This document shows, one piece after another, positions 1 to 12,262 of a stretch of 64,000 bases of DNA. Location: positions 1,178,001-1,242,000 of the forward strand of contig NC_043001.1 in assembly GCF_006345805.1 (NCBI RefSeq). The letters are read 5' to 3'. The first letter of the stretch is position 1. Each line of letters starts with the position of its first letter. Made by a program: the position numbers and the translations under genes. This stretch comes from Octopus sinensis. Lineage: Eukaryota. The notes under the pieces were generated by a model. That model was not told the DNA's origin. It was given only the letters and a program-made list of their open reading frames with translations, and made no database searches.

Positions 1-466
1 ACTCAGATACATATGCGTCCGTATCACAGAAAGGACTCCCTCCAGTCTTCTCCAGTGGTGAAATTATTAAAGAAGACTATTTCTAGATGGGGATCCTTGT
101 CACTTGGCTTAAAAAGACCCAAGATTGGTTGGAAGAGAATGGCATTAAAAAGCTCCCATGGCCAACTGATCCCTTCTGGGGCATAATGGACAGGACACTT
201 TGTAAAAAGAGCAAAAAAGCATTCCCAAAGCCAGATCTTTTGAGATTACTGCCTAAAACTTGACAAGAAATTCCTCAAGAGAATATTTGTCATTTGATAA
301 GTAGTATGCCTAATAGGGTCCTTGCATTGAACAATGCAAATGGCATGTCTACTAAATACTATATAATCACATTATAATAATTAATAAATAATTTGAATGT
401 ATGATTTCAGATTTAAATAAATTTTAACAATATAAAGGTGTCTCTTTATTTTTGCATAGTCTGTGT
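1..466 (+). mobile_element. Tc1-family DNA transposon, decayed transposase C-terminus and probable 3' TIR
   Basis: 80-362 translates with a frameshift and stop to FLDGDPCHLA / KTQDWLEENGIKKLPWP...WGIMDR...T*QEIPQENICHLISSMPNRVLALNNANGMSTKY, the Tc1 pattern FxQDxAPCH...WP...LIxSMPxR...G..TKY. It ends TTTTGCATAGTCTGTG next to (TG/CA)n. Confidence 0.85.
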
Positions 467-470
467 GTAT

Positions 471-504
<34 letters not shown>

Positions 505-508
<4 letters not shown>

Positions 509-1062
509 GTGTGTTGTGTGGTAAGTAGATTGCTCACCGACCACGTGGTTCTGGGTTCAGTCTCACTGTGTGACACCTTGGGCAAGTGTTCTCTACAACA
601 GCCTCAGACTGACCAAAGCTTTGTGAGTGGATTTGGTAGATGGAAACTGAAAGAAGCTTGTCGTATATATATATATATCATCATCATTTAACGTCCGTTT
701 TCCGTGCTAGCATGGGTTGGACTGTTCGACCGGGGTCTGGGAAGCCAGGAGGCTGCACCAGGCTCCAGTCTGATCTGGCAGTGTTTCTACAGCTGGATGC
801 CCTTCCTAACACCAACCACTCCGTGAGTGTAGTGGGTGCTTTTTACGTGCCACCGGCACAGGTGCCAGGGGAGTCTGGCAGCGGTCACGATTGGTTGGTG
901 CTTTTTACGTGCCACCGGCACAGAAGCCAGTCAAGGCGGTGCTGGCATACATATATATATATATATGTGTGTGTGTTTGTGTGTCTGTATTTGTTACACC
1001 ACCATCGCTTGACAACCGATGTGGGTGTGTTTTCATCTCTGTAACTTAGTGGTTCTGCCTAG
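505..1062 (+). mobile_element. tRNA-headed SINE with CORE-like motif (family A), split by an RTE 3'-end insertion
   Basis: GTGTGGTAAG..GGTTCAGTC head, CACCTTGGGCAAGTGT CORE-like motif and GATGGAAACTGAAAGAAGC; the body resumes at ~965 (CGCTTGACAACCG...GTAACTTAG). Many copies occur in the window. Resembles octopus OR/OK-type SINEs (assignment from memory). Confidence 0.8.
679..948 (-). mobile_element. RTE LINE 3' UTR/tail fragment
   Basis: Reverse complement of the tail that ends the RTE at 20956-22046 (CCAACCCATGCTAGCATGGAAA.CGGACGTTAAATGATGATG). Confidence 0.85.
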
Positions 1063-1147
1063 TACTTATTCTACCAGTCTCTTTTGCTGAACCGCTAGTT
1101 GTGGGGACATAAATACACCAACACTGGTTGTCAAGCGTTGGTGACGT

Positions 1148-1183
<36 letters not shown>

Positions 1184-1290
1184 ACAGGCTTCTTTCAGTT
1201 TCCGTCTACCAAATCTACTCACAAGGCTTTGGTTAATCCGAGGCTACAACAGAGGACACTTGCCCAAGTTACTATGCAGTGGGACTGAAC
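1063..1290 (-). mobile_element. Family A SINE, inverted relative to the 505-1062 copy
   Basis: GCTTCTTTCAGTTTCCGTCTACCAAATCTACTCACAAGGCTTTGG and ACACTTGCCCAAG are reverse complements of the family A body. Confidence 0.8.
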
Positions 1291-2228
1291 CCAGAACCTG
1301 CACCTTCCTTTTATCAAATCTATTAACACAGTATTATTCAGCCTGGGGTTATAGTAGAAGAGTCTTGCCTAAGATGCAGCACAATGGAACTGAACCTGAG
1401 ATCATGTGGTGACTAAGCAATTGTCTTTACCTCCCAGTCATGCTTACTTCATTATTCTTCCTCCATTGGAATTAGAAACAACAGAAAACATTTGACGAAG
1501 TTTAGTATAGAAGAATAGATTACAGTAGACTATTTATTGAAGGGAATCGGACAGATTTTATATTTGAAGCCCAACACGGACCAAACTAAACCCACGAGAT
1601 TAATATCTTTATATTTATATATATTTATATCTGTCTTTATATCTATATATATTTATATCTATCTTTATATCTCTATATATTTATATCTATCTTTACATCT
1701 ATTTGCGATATTTCGTCTTATATTTAACTCTGCTTTACCTTAACATGTTAAGTTATGAGGAAAACATAACAAATGAAGAATAAGTAAAATGCCAAAAAGA
1801 CATGTTTCAGGAAAAAGACAAAATCAGGAAGAAATAAACTTTTTTAAAAAGTGCCTTCTTTTCTTCCATCTGCCCTTTCACTGTCCACCACACCCCTTTC
1901 ACGTTGTTAAATCAAAGAAACAGCAACAGGAAGGAAAAAAAAGAAAGAAAATAATTGCTGAAGGTAAAACATAAAGCTATCACCTCCACTCCACTAATAA
2001 CAACAGCAAAAGCACACACATATATCATTGTGTGTGTGTGTGTTTATAAATAGATATGTATATCTATGTATTCTAAAACTTCTCAGAACATTTTGGAAGC
2101 CAAGTTTAGAGAATATGGTAGTCAAAGAGGAAAGCGTTCATCCAATTACTTGATTACTTACTGAAGGACCAAATTATTCTGAAATAAAAGCAATAATGTT
2201 AATGCCTTAATAACAACAACAACAACAC

Positions 2229-2279
<51 letters not shown>

Positions 2280-2280
2280 T

Positions 2281-2384
2281 CTTTTGTTGCCACAAGTGCG
2301 ATGGATGAGGGGACATTACCGGGACAGGTCGCAAAAAGCGTGGAGGTTTGAAGAGAAATCAAATGTATGGGAAAAACAAAAGGA

Positions 2385-2387
<3 letters not shown>
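2281..2387 (-). mobile_element. Short retroposon 3' tail embedded in a (TAA)n tract
   Basis: ~105 bp unique island flanked on both sides by (TAA)n. The minus strand ends TGTCCCCTC...CTTGTGGCAACAAAAGA, similar to the family B SINE tail CCCCTTGTGGGCAATAAAGAAA. Confidence 0.5.
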
Positions 2388-2424
<37 letters not shown>

Positions 2425-2558
2425 CACAAACAACAGCAACAACAAAGCAGTGATAATGATAATTTGTTTTGTTTCATTTCTTTATCAGTGGAAATGTACT
2501 TGCAATTCATCATTTTATGATTATTCCCAGGAGCTATGGCAAAATACTGTTTTTATAG

Positions 2559-2601
<43 letters not shown>

Positions 2602-3049
2602 GTTATCATTATTGCTAGTAGTAATAGCAGCACCAGTGATAATGGTGAGTGAAGGTGATAAAATATTTGTTAGTAGCTGCAAAGTCAGTTATATATGTAA
2701 AGTATCTGGAAACAAATTATTTACACTTTCACCTAAATTCGTTAACCTGAGTTCAGATCAAGTATAGATCATCATCATCATCGTCGTCATTGCCATCATC
2801 ATCATCATCATCATCATCGTTAATGTGTGCAAGAGTTGTGGTGGAATTACAGGTAGGCTGACAGTGAATTAAGATGTGGCAGATGTGCAAAAGTAGCAAT
2901 GAACCCTCACAGCACCAGTGAAATATATTCCAGGTAATGCTCAGGTGACTTTATAGAAACTGTCGATAGCTTCTGTTACCAAGGTAACTTAATAAGAAGT
3001 AGGTAGGTTGTTGTTGGTAGTGGTGGTGTTTTGAAAACAGCCAGAGTTA

Positions 3050-3470
3050 AAACAGGGTTGAAAAAGGCAAGGGAATTATAAACTCTACTGGGATTCTCAG
3101 TCTAAGAGAAGAGTAGATTGTATGATACTTGTGCAGAAATTGCAAGCCCAAATCGTAGTGAGGGGTGGGCACTAAATGGGGAAGATTTGCAAAAGTTGGA
3201 GAGAAATGATGAGGATGTGTAATATTAGTGGACATGAATGATGAAGCAGGGATGAGCTGAGAGAAAGGAGGAGAGCGATGGCTGTGAGGGTGTGGCTAAA
3301 TAAAGAGAGAGGATAAGATATGGTGTGAAGAAATGATTGATGTAAAGGGAACCCATGAAAGCAAAACGACCAAGGATGACCCGAGAAGAAATGCTGAAGA
3401 CAGATCTCAGGAAGCTGAAACTCATAAGAGATGCTAAAGAAACACTGCAAGTGGCAGGGTGCTCTGTTGG
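3050..3470 (+). mobile_element. Highly decayed RTE ORF2 C-terminal fragment
   Basis: With frameshifts it reads LSLR...RLYDTC...EGWALNGEDLQKLERN...MCNISGHE...MLKTDLRKLKL, parallel to 46400-46780. Confidence 0.65.
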
Positions 3471-4194
3471 AAGGATAAGTCGAACCCTTGTAAACATGGA
3501 GAAACAGGCATAAAAATGATGATGTCAATGATGATGATAACGACCATCATCATCTTTATCAATTCATTAATGAATTTTTACTGTTATTGTGTTGTATGGA
3601 GACTGGCATGTCAAAGACCAGACCCAGCGTTTCCTCTACATGTTGTGGAAGGTGACGAAAAGAGGTTTTGCGCTCTAACCTCATAAAGTCCTCACTAGCA
3701 GACCCATGGTTTGGAGGGCTGTCACCTGAGTGGTGCAAAGAGGTCATCTGCTAGGAGCAGGGAATCACCAACAAATGGTGGATGCAATCAAGTGCTATTA
3801 CAGCTCATTTTTCCATACCACCACCACCACCACCACCACTACTACTACTACTACTATTGTTATTGATGATCTCCAACATTAATATCACAAAAGACACGTG
3901 GAAGAGACGTGACTCTTCACTGAAAAGCTGTGTGAGGCACACCTCATGCCTGTTATGGGCAGGTGGCACACAGTAATATGTCATCAGAAGTGAATGCAGT
4001 CATAAAAGCCTGACAAAACAGGTGATGACCACAGAAACATTGGATATGTATTGATTGATTGAGAGAAGATATACAACAGATCAATATTGGTTATATGACC
4101 CCCCCCCCCTTGACCTGACCAAATGGAGGAAAGCAGATAAAAGAGCAGACTCCATTCAAAGAATAACGTACAGGGTTTAATTGATGGATTAACA

Positions 4195-4294
4195 ACCACC
4201 GCCACCGCCACCACCACCGCCGCCACCACCGCCACCACCGCCACCACCGCCACCGCCACCACCGCCACCACCACCGCCACCGCCACCGCCACCA

Positions 4295-4326
<32 letters not shown>

Positions 4327-4329
4327 ACC

Positions 4330-4342
<13 letters not shown>
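4195..4342. repeat. Compound (CCA/CCG)n microsatellite
   Basis: Uninterrupted mix of ACC/GCC triplets grading into (CAT)n; the source of the poly-Gly and poly-Val/Ala ORFs. Confidence 0.95.
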
Positions 4343-4361
<19 letters not shown>

Positions 4362-4728
4362 ACCTCATTAGATGATATACATGATCAGACATGCAAAACT
4401 AACTGAATGACACTGCTGGTTGATCAGGATTGACCTGGGGCTAAACAACAACCTCATTAACTTGATCACTTTTGATTATTGCAACTTTTAGGGGCAGAAT
4501 GGTGTAAATTGTTCTGCCCCCCCCCACTGTCGAGTATGTTTCAACAGAAATGCATCATTTGCATCTCTCTCTCCACCACCATCCACCAATCCTCCTACCA
4601 CTACCACCACCACTACTACTACATCAAAGTTGCTGTTGTGGTTATTTAGCCCTCGGTTAATCAGTATTAAGGACACTTATGATCAAAGGCTTCCTAACAA
4701 TCACTATTCACCATTTTACTCGTTATTT

Positions 4729-5442
4729 CCTAATGCGTTCTTCTAATCTCTTAAGATTATGGAATTATTTTTTTATTTATTTACTTCTATCAAAGTAGTG
4801 ATTTGTTGGAGATTTGGTAGCTATTTCTAACAAATGTAGTGACTCTACAGAGGCTTCTTCACACTGCACCTACAAAACACACACATTTATTCTAAACTGC
4901 ATTATCCAGAAAAGGCCACCTAACCGATTATTGAGACCACAGTGACCAATTCTCCTCAGTTCTCAGCCAAGACACCAAGTTTCTCTTTACTACTACTACT
5001 ACCACCACCACCACCGCCATCGCCACCACAACTACCACTACTACTACTACAGAAGATTAACCATCTGCCTACCAACTGCAGGGGTGGTAGGTACTTATGC
5101 ACCTGCATCACTCACATGAAAACTCTAAAGAAATGTTCTGGATGGTTTCCCATCAATCCCACAATCCTCTGCTATTACTTTTCTGACTCAGTCAGCCCTG
5201 GTTAATTTTGGATCAAGTCAGATTATCTCTGTAATCTCATATTGCTGCTATTTCGCCCCAGCTCTGTCCTAGTCAAACAGATCAAGGCCCTTATGGGGAT
5301 TCTGGGCATGACTGGAATACCCGGGCATTCCAGTCATTTCTCGTTACCTAATGCGTTCTTCTAATCTCTTAAGATTATAGAATTATTTTTTATTTATTTA
5401 CTTCTATCAAAGTAGTGATTTGTTGGAGATTTGGTAGCTATT
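4729..5442. repeat. Near-identical ~95-bp direct repeat, period 618 bp
   Basis: CCTAATGCGTTCTTCTAATCTCTTAAGATTAT...GGAGATTTGGTAGCTATTT at 4729 and 5347. Confidence 0.9.
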
Positions 5443-8400
5443 TTAAGACTTAAGTCTTAAAGGCATTGAACAGAATATCAGGTGACAACATATGTTGTAA
5501 TGCTCCACACTTTGTGTTCAAATCCAGCCAAGGAAACTGATTTCCCTTTGATGATGTTGGGGTTAACGACAAAAGTACTACAAAAGCTGAACCTTCTTTC
5601 TTTTCCTCTATGAAGGAAATTGGTTCCTGTCACGCCTGAACGGTAGGAAGAGGCCTCAATAACATTTCAATACCATAGAGACATGCTTTATATTATGACA
5701 GCAGCACTTCACCTCAACGACTGCACGAAATATCTTTCTTAAAAATGTGTTATTTCAGACTAGCCATCTTTTGTTGCATTATTTTCTGCCTAAAAATGCT
5801 ATTGGCACTGGTCCCTTCTCCCTGAAAATCTCAAGGGCACTGTCGCTTGTCCAGTGACTAAATAATTTAAAAAGAAATTTTTTAAATCTCATCTTTTGTG
5901 CTAAACAAATAAATAAATAAATAAACTGCATAAGTAAAGTACAAAAAAGAAAAGCAAAGCTAAAAATCAGAAGAAAAGAGAAACGAGAAAAGAGCGTAAG
6001 AAGATGTGAGAGCTAATGGCGGTTGCGGTTGTTGGTCTTCATCTTCTGACTAAATATTACAGCAATAACAACAAATCACAGACAGCTTTATGCGTAACAA
6101 GAGAAGGATTTAGAAAATGATAAAATGAATTAAGGTCAGCATCTTGAATTGAAGATCTCGTATTTGGATATTTAGCAATATGGTGGACACAAAGCTTATA
6201 ACGACATAAGAGGCATATCTGCTGCAGCAATCATTAATGTTTGTTAAACTTCTTTCTGTTCTTTATACAAAAGATAAAACAAGTCAAGATATTGTACTGA
6301 CTCTCAGAAAGAGCTGGGCTTGTTTAAAAAAGAAAAATGTTTTTTTTTCTTTTTTCTTATGATTTGATGTTGACAAAAAGGCTAGTTGAAGACTTCATTG
6401 GGAAAAGAGCTTATAACCTGAACTAATAACTTTCTTTGATTTCCAAAAACAGATTTTTATCCTACAAAAGAACAAATAATTCAATAGAATGTTTCCATCT
6501 TCCATCGCTCTCATCTGTATTGTTTAGGATGTTTTCATTTCTATTGACAACACGTTTTAATTCATGACAAGTCTTCACAAGTTCTGATTACAATATTGTT
6601 TGTTAAACAGCATTCCCTTTCATTCAACTCCCAAAATACTGAATGAGATGTAAACAAAATATCTGTTTAATCAGATGCTGTGATTTCTTTCTCTTTAAAC
6701 ATAAATTAAACTGTAACTCCACAGCCATCCAAACTCCCATTCCTCTCCTTGCTCTCTCTCTCAATTCTCAAACAGCAAAGAAGAACTCAGCTCAACTTAT
6801 TCTCAACTCACCTGACTTATACAATACACACTTAATTTCATAGTCTGACACTCTGCAAAGCCATTTCTACAAAAGAATCATGCAGTTTGCAAAGCAACGG
6901 CATTGGTTTAGTAGAATGTTTAGAACATTGCACAAGCTGCTTCCTGATATTTGTCCTAGTTCTTTACATTCTGAGTTCAAATCCAGATGGAATCAATTTT
7001 ACCTTTCCACCTTCTGGGTTTGATAAAGTAGCAGTCCAGGTCAGTGGAGTGACTAAAGGGACTGAACATGTTGCAATATTTATTCATTTTTCTACATTTC
7101 AAGTTCAAATCCTGCTGAGGTTAACTTTACTTTTATCTCTCCCAGGGATGATGAAATAAAATATCAAGTCTGCGGCAGTGGACACAGGTAACTGTAAGAA
7201 TTTAGATAGAATTATGGTTGGTATTTGTTGTATCTCTTTAGATTGTACAACACTGGTGTCAAGCAGTGCTGACCCTTATCTTTTGGTTAATGTCTGTGGC
7301 AAGGGGAGACAACTGTTGATTTTCTATAATAAATAAATAAATAAATAAAACTCTTGTCCTGGTTGGCACCCTGAGAGAAACTTTCCCAGTGTAGATAGAT
7401 AATAGTCAACCAGGATTGATGAAAGCCTTTAACCCCTTTTCATACTGACCACCTGAGACTGCTCCTGACTCTGTGATACAAATGTCCAGTATTGAAGGTT
7501 TCTAAATCAAGATCTTTCATCAAAATTTCATGACCATTTATGCTCCAGCTTAATAATGACATCGTTACTTTTGTAAATTCTTCATTATTTTCAGTTAATT
7601 GCAACAAAAACAATGCTTTTAAAGAGAAATATGGTAACAAAAGAGTTAACAATTCAAAGGAAGCATTGTATAACATGTAATTCTATTCATAAGTGATCAG
7701 AATTGAGAAATTGCAAAGTGACAAGTGACAAGTCTTACTGATGAATGTCTTACTGGGCAGGTCTCACATTTTCATGAATGATTTTAAAACGTGTGTAAAA
7801 CAAGATTCAATGTCTATCAGTCTATGATTGTGTGATTATGTCAGAAAAGAAAACATAATTATCTCAGGTAATACTTTAAATCTACACATATATCTACTCA
7901 AATGGCGGTGCCCCAGCATGGCCACAGCTCATAAGCTGAAACTGGAAAAATCAAAAATCAAAATCATATAATTAAGTAATGGGTAAATAAACTAGATTCT
8001 TTAACACCAGAAACAAAATTATGGTTCAAGATACAGGGAAACTTCTAAAAGACAAAAAAAAAAACATTGAGAAAACTTCTAAGTAAATGAAAAAGACTCT
8101 ACAGACCAATCAAGGATCATCTCTAAAGTAACAAAGGTACTACTGAAAAGTATGAGGAAGTTTTGATAAGGGAAATTCTATAAACCAACAAGGAAATGTC
8201 AACAGAGGAGCTTCTCCAGACCAATGAAATCACTGTTGATTTCAGGGTCTTATAAATGGGAGACTCCACAGTTGGTTACCTTTTACCTAATCCAAAAATA
8301 TAGAAAAAGTTTCATCACAAATGAAGAACTAGTCATTAAATAATGTTTTTCACATTTATTGGAAGATTGAGCCTATGTCGACTAAGTGGACTGGGCCATG

Positions 8401-9834
8401 CTCTCAGTGAAGTGCTAGTGATGTGACATGAACATACAACCTTTTGGCTGACAACTGGATTGTCCACTTGTGTAGCATGGCTCAGTTCATGCAATGAAAG
8501 GATTTAGTTGTTGTTATTGTTTAAGGCTAGAGCAGCTCTGAGCAAATAGTTATAGGATCAAAGGCATTCCAGCTTTTGGTGATAGGGAAACGGTACCCAG
8601 TTTAGAAAAAAGGTGAAGTGTTGGTGACAGGAAGAGCATCAGGCTACAGAAAAACAACCTCAGCAAATCCCCATCTGACTCAGATAAGCATAGAAAAGTG
8701 GACATTAAAAGGATAATTGTGATGTGATATGAGGGGAATTTAGCTGTTATATCAAGCAGATTTATAGCTTTTGTTGCTGTTGTTGTTCAGCCCTAGGTCA
8801 GGCATCAAAATAAACTCCAGCCATGACCATCCTGTCCTTATTGATTTTTGGATACTGTGTATGTTGGATCACATGTCATGTGAGGGAGATTTGGCTACAA
8901 TTTTTAACTGGTCAATAATTGTTTTTCCTCTTTTGACCACTCCAACTTTTTCTTCTTCACAAAAAATCAAAAACTATATTGACCTATATGGCCTTCTTTT
9001 TTTGATGGATGAATATCATTTCAGGGGAATCTGGCTGCTACATCTTGTACAAGAAATCACACAGAGGTTGTGTTGCATTGACTTTATGGTTTTGGGGAGT
9101 CACCAATAGGTTATGGATTGAATGTGGATAGGTTGGTGGTTAAATATAAATAAAAATGAGGTGAAAATAAATTTCCGAATGAAACCAAATCATCAAGGGA
9201 AATGACAGAATAGAAATCTGAGTAAAATTATGCTTTGAGGTGTTAATTGAGGTTGTAGTTTAGTTTTGGATTCAAAATGTCATCAATGTGTGAAAATAAA
9301 ACAATGATATATGACCAGGCTGAAATAACACTTTTTAAAAAAAATATTTAGTGATAGAATTCCATTCATTTTATTTGTATATAACAAAGTATAAGCTTGA
9401 TTTAGTCTGACTTTTATTTTATAATGTATAACCTGCACCAATGGGATACAAAATAACTTAGCTTAAATAAATTTCAATATTTGTTCCGCCAAAGCGTCTC
9501 CATTATAACAATTTTATTTGTTAATATTTTTAGGAGAATAAAATGATGCTTTAATAGTCTGAGTGCTTGCAGTAGAGTGAATCTGGCTGAAGGTCTCAAG
9601 AACCAGACAGCAGAGCTAAACTGGGAAAGGAATTAAGTTTACCCACTAAAAACAAGAACCATCTTTTGAAGGACTTTCAAGAGCTTTTCACACTGTCCAT
9701 TTCTGTAAGATTCACTACAAAGGATTTGGTCGAGAGGAGGGTGGGATGTTGAGAAACACGAACCTAAGGTAGCATGCAGTGGTATTGAACCTGAAACACA
9801 TGCACTACATGTATATACAAAATACAACTGTATC

Positions 9835-10110
9835 CTAGTGAATTTCTACCATCCAGGCAGAATAAAGGACAAAGCCTCTCCTTAAATCATGTAGACTCAT
9901 ACGGTTGGTTTCCTCATTTTTATCAATTCTCCCCTGGATGGGATGCTGGTCTGTCGCAGGATAACCCATCTTTGCCAGTTGGGTGGAGTGGAGCAATGTG
10001 GAATGAAATGATTTGCTCAAGAACGCAACACATCGCCCACTCTAGGAATTGAAACCACTATCTCATGATCCATAGTCCAACACCCTGAGCACTAAACCAT
10101 GAACCTCCAC
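9835..10110 (-). mobile_element. tRNA-headed SINE family C (V/Meta-like body)
   Basis: Minus strand: GGAGGTTCATGGTTTAGTG...GGTTTCAATTCC head, then CCTGCGACAGACCAGCATCCCATCCAGGGG; related to 55039-55334. Confidence 0.7.
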
Positions 10111-10542
10111 TACCATCCTGGTGGACAAGCTGGTTATTTCTAACACATGGTAAATAGAAAGATGGAGCTACCAGGTCGGTCATTTCATCTGCTAGAAAGA
10201 ACAGCCAAGCTCACTAAAATCACAACCTACTCTCTAAAAAAAGAAAAGGCCGCATTGCTTAATATCTTCTTAGATACATTATGTATGTAAAAAAAAAGTG
10301 GAAACATTATAGACAGAGTGTATTTGATTATGTCAAGCTCTAGAAAACAACATTGACCTGAGGTTAAACAACAAATTATTCCTGACACCATTGTAGCAAA
10401 ACATCTCACAGACATATTTTCTAACCATTTAATGTTTGATAACATCCCATTGATCCAAAGATTTGAGGGACAAAAGATCAACAACATCATGAAATGAGGA
10501 AAAGTATGAAAAGGTAATCAAAGTCTCTCTCTCTCTATCTAT

Positions 10543-10590
<48 letters not shown>

Positions 10591-10592
<2 letters not shown>

Positions 10593-10861
10593 GTACAAAC
10601 TAAACTACAAACTGTAAGGAAAACAGGACAAAGTTGCAGTTTTACCTTGTATTTCTATATTTTGGGGCTAAGATCCCTTCTTCAGGACGTTCGTAAAAAT
10701 AGGGGTTGCAAAAAATTTGTTACTCAGAAGCAACAAACTTTTTCCATCCACCACTTTTCCGAATGTCCTGAAGAAGGGGTCTTCACCCCAAAATATAGAA
10801 ATACAAGGTAAAACTGCAGCTTTGTCCGGTTTTCTTTACAGTTTGTAGTTTAGTTTCTACC
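10591..10861. mobile_element. 271-bp palindromic element, probable PLE terminal repeat pair with decayed HHR-like motifs
   Basis: 10591-10693 is the reverse complement of 10760-10861 with few mismatches. The inner part is a degenerate hairpin centred near 10726. Each arm has CTGAAGA-AGGG..CCCC-AAAA-TATA. Flanked by (TA)n. Confidence 0.7.
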
Positions 10862-11004
10862 TTTCTCACATTGTTCCGGCTTTATACAACTACATCCTTT
10901 AAAGTTATACTTCCCAATGCTTCACAAAAACTACCTCATATATTTGTATGTATATATATATATATATATATATATCATTTAATAGGCGTGATACATGTTA
11001 TTAT

Positions 11005-11064
11005 ATGCTACTAACAGTCTCATATATTGAGAAATACCTCAAGCATATTCATCAGGTGCAATCC
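11005..11064 (-). ncRNA. Decayed minimal type I hammerhead ribozyme (left arm of an inverted pair)
   Basis: Minus strand: gcac CTGATGA atatgcttgaggtatttctcaatatat GAGA ctgttag TA gcat. Stem II and the GUA triplet are intact; GAAA has become GAGA and stem I is disrupted. Confidence 0.6.
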
Positions 11065-11354
11065 ACATATCAAAACGAGCTAAAAATTGAATGAAAGAAG
11101 AAATGCAAAAAGTCGAGAAGGAAGCATTTAGGAAATGGGGAAGTTTAAAAACTAGAAAACGAAAAAGTAAAAAGGTAAAAGAGTTATCCTCCTTTGATCT
11201 TAAATTATTAAGTTGCAAATATATCAAATTAATCAGATATAGGTGGAATCTTCCAGTTCTTCAAAATGTACTTCCAAGTTTCCTCTCTGCTTCCTTCTCA
11301 ACTTTTTGTGTTTCTTCTCTCATTCAGTTTTTAGCTCTTTATGATATCTGGTTT

Positions 11355-11410
11355 GTGCCTGATGAATATGTTTGAGGCACTTTTTCAATATATGAAACTA
11401 TTAACAGCAC
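11355..11410 (+). ncRNA. Decayed minimal type I hammerhead ribozyme (right arm of an inverted pair)
   Basis: gtgc CTGATGA atatgtttgaggcactttttcaatatat GAAA ctattaa CA gcac. Core, stem II and 4-bp stem I (GTGC/GCAC) are intact; the cleavage triplet has mutated to ACA. Confidence 0.65.
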
Positions 11411-11504
11411 GTAATCACTAGTATTGTGTCTACTAAATAATATTTATCTGTCACCAGATGGAGTATTTGTTGATCTTACCATCATGGATCAGTACATTTT
11501 ATAT

Positions 11505-12000
11505 ATCATCATCGTTTAACATCCATTTTCCAAGCTGGCATGGGTTGGACGGTTCGACTGGGGTTTGGGAAGCCAGGAGGCTGCACCAGGCTCCAGTCTG
11601 ATCTGGCAGGGTTTCTACAGCTGGATGCCCTTCCTGATGCCAAAAGTGTAGTGGGTGCTTTTATGTGCCACCGGCACAGGGACCAGAGGAGCTGGCATCA
11701 ACCATGATTGGACGGTGCTTTTTATGTGCTACTGGCACAGAAGCCAGTCAAGGCGGCACTATTATTGGCCACATTTGGATGGTGTTTTTTATGTGCCATT
11801 GGCATGGAGATCACAGCTACAATTTCCATTCAATAGTAATTTGATTTGATATTGCTGTTGATGTTGATGTACTTGACTCAATAGATCTCCTGAAGCATGG
11901 CATGTCACCCTACGATCCAACGTACTTTTGAGTGGGCTGGTTATGTGACACTGGTGAGGAATCACTTTATTTGCTGGGTCTTCTCAGTCACAGCATATCT
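11505..12000 (-). mobile_element. RTE LINE 3' UTR/tail fragment (plus a short + strand tail at ~12010-12060)
   Basis: CATCATCGTTTAACATCCATTTTCCAAGCTGGCATGGGTTGGACGG start; matches the 21600-22046 UTR in reverse. Confidence 0.85.
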
Positions 12001-12058
12001 CCATATATATCAACCCATGCTAGCATGGAAAGTGGATGTTAAATGATGATGATGATGA

Positions 12059-12101
<43 letters not shown>

Positions 12102-12102
<1 letters not shown>

Positions 12103-12262
12103 TTTATTTAAAAGCAGCAGAAATTCAACAAAACCTGTTACTCAGAGTAACAGGTTTTGTTGAATTTCTGCTGCTTTTAAATAAAGCATATTACTCTACC
12201 CCTGGTATTTGAGTACTCTTTTTTCCACCTTGTTTCACATTTATGTGTTTACTCCGGTATAT
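12102..12262 (+). mobile_element. Perfect 42+1+42 palindrome followed by a unique tail; probable PLE terminal-repeat fragment
   Basis: 12102-12143 is the exact reverse complement of 12145-12186 (1-nt loop at 12144). The right arm continues AAATAAAGCATATTACTCTACCCC... The element directly follows (TA)n. Confidence 0.75.

Noticed and set aside
4195-4342. G-quadruplex-forming regulatory element on the minus strand
   Set aside because: Only GG runs in a simple triplet microsatellite; no evidence of function.
6480-6720. Enhancer-like cluster of Fox/Sox-type words (TGTAAACA, TGTTTGTT, ACAAT)
   Set aside because: Such words are frequent in AT-rich DNA and cannot be supported without conservation or chromatin data. 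The same applies to the TGACCT repeats near 52735-52760.
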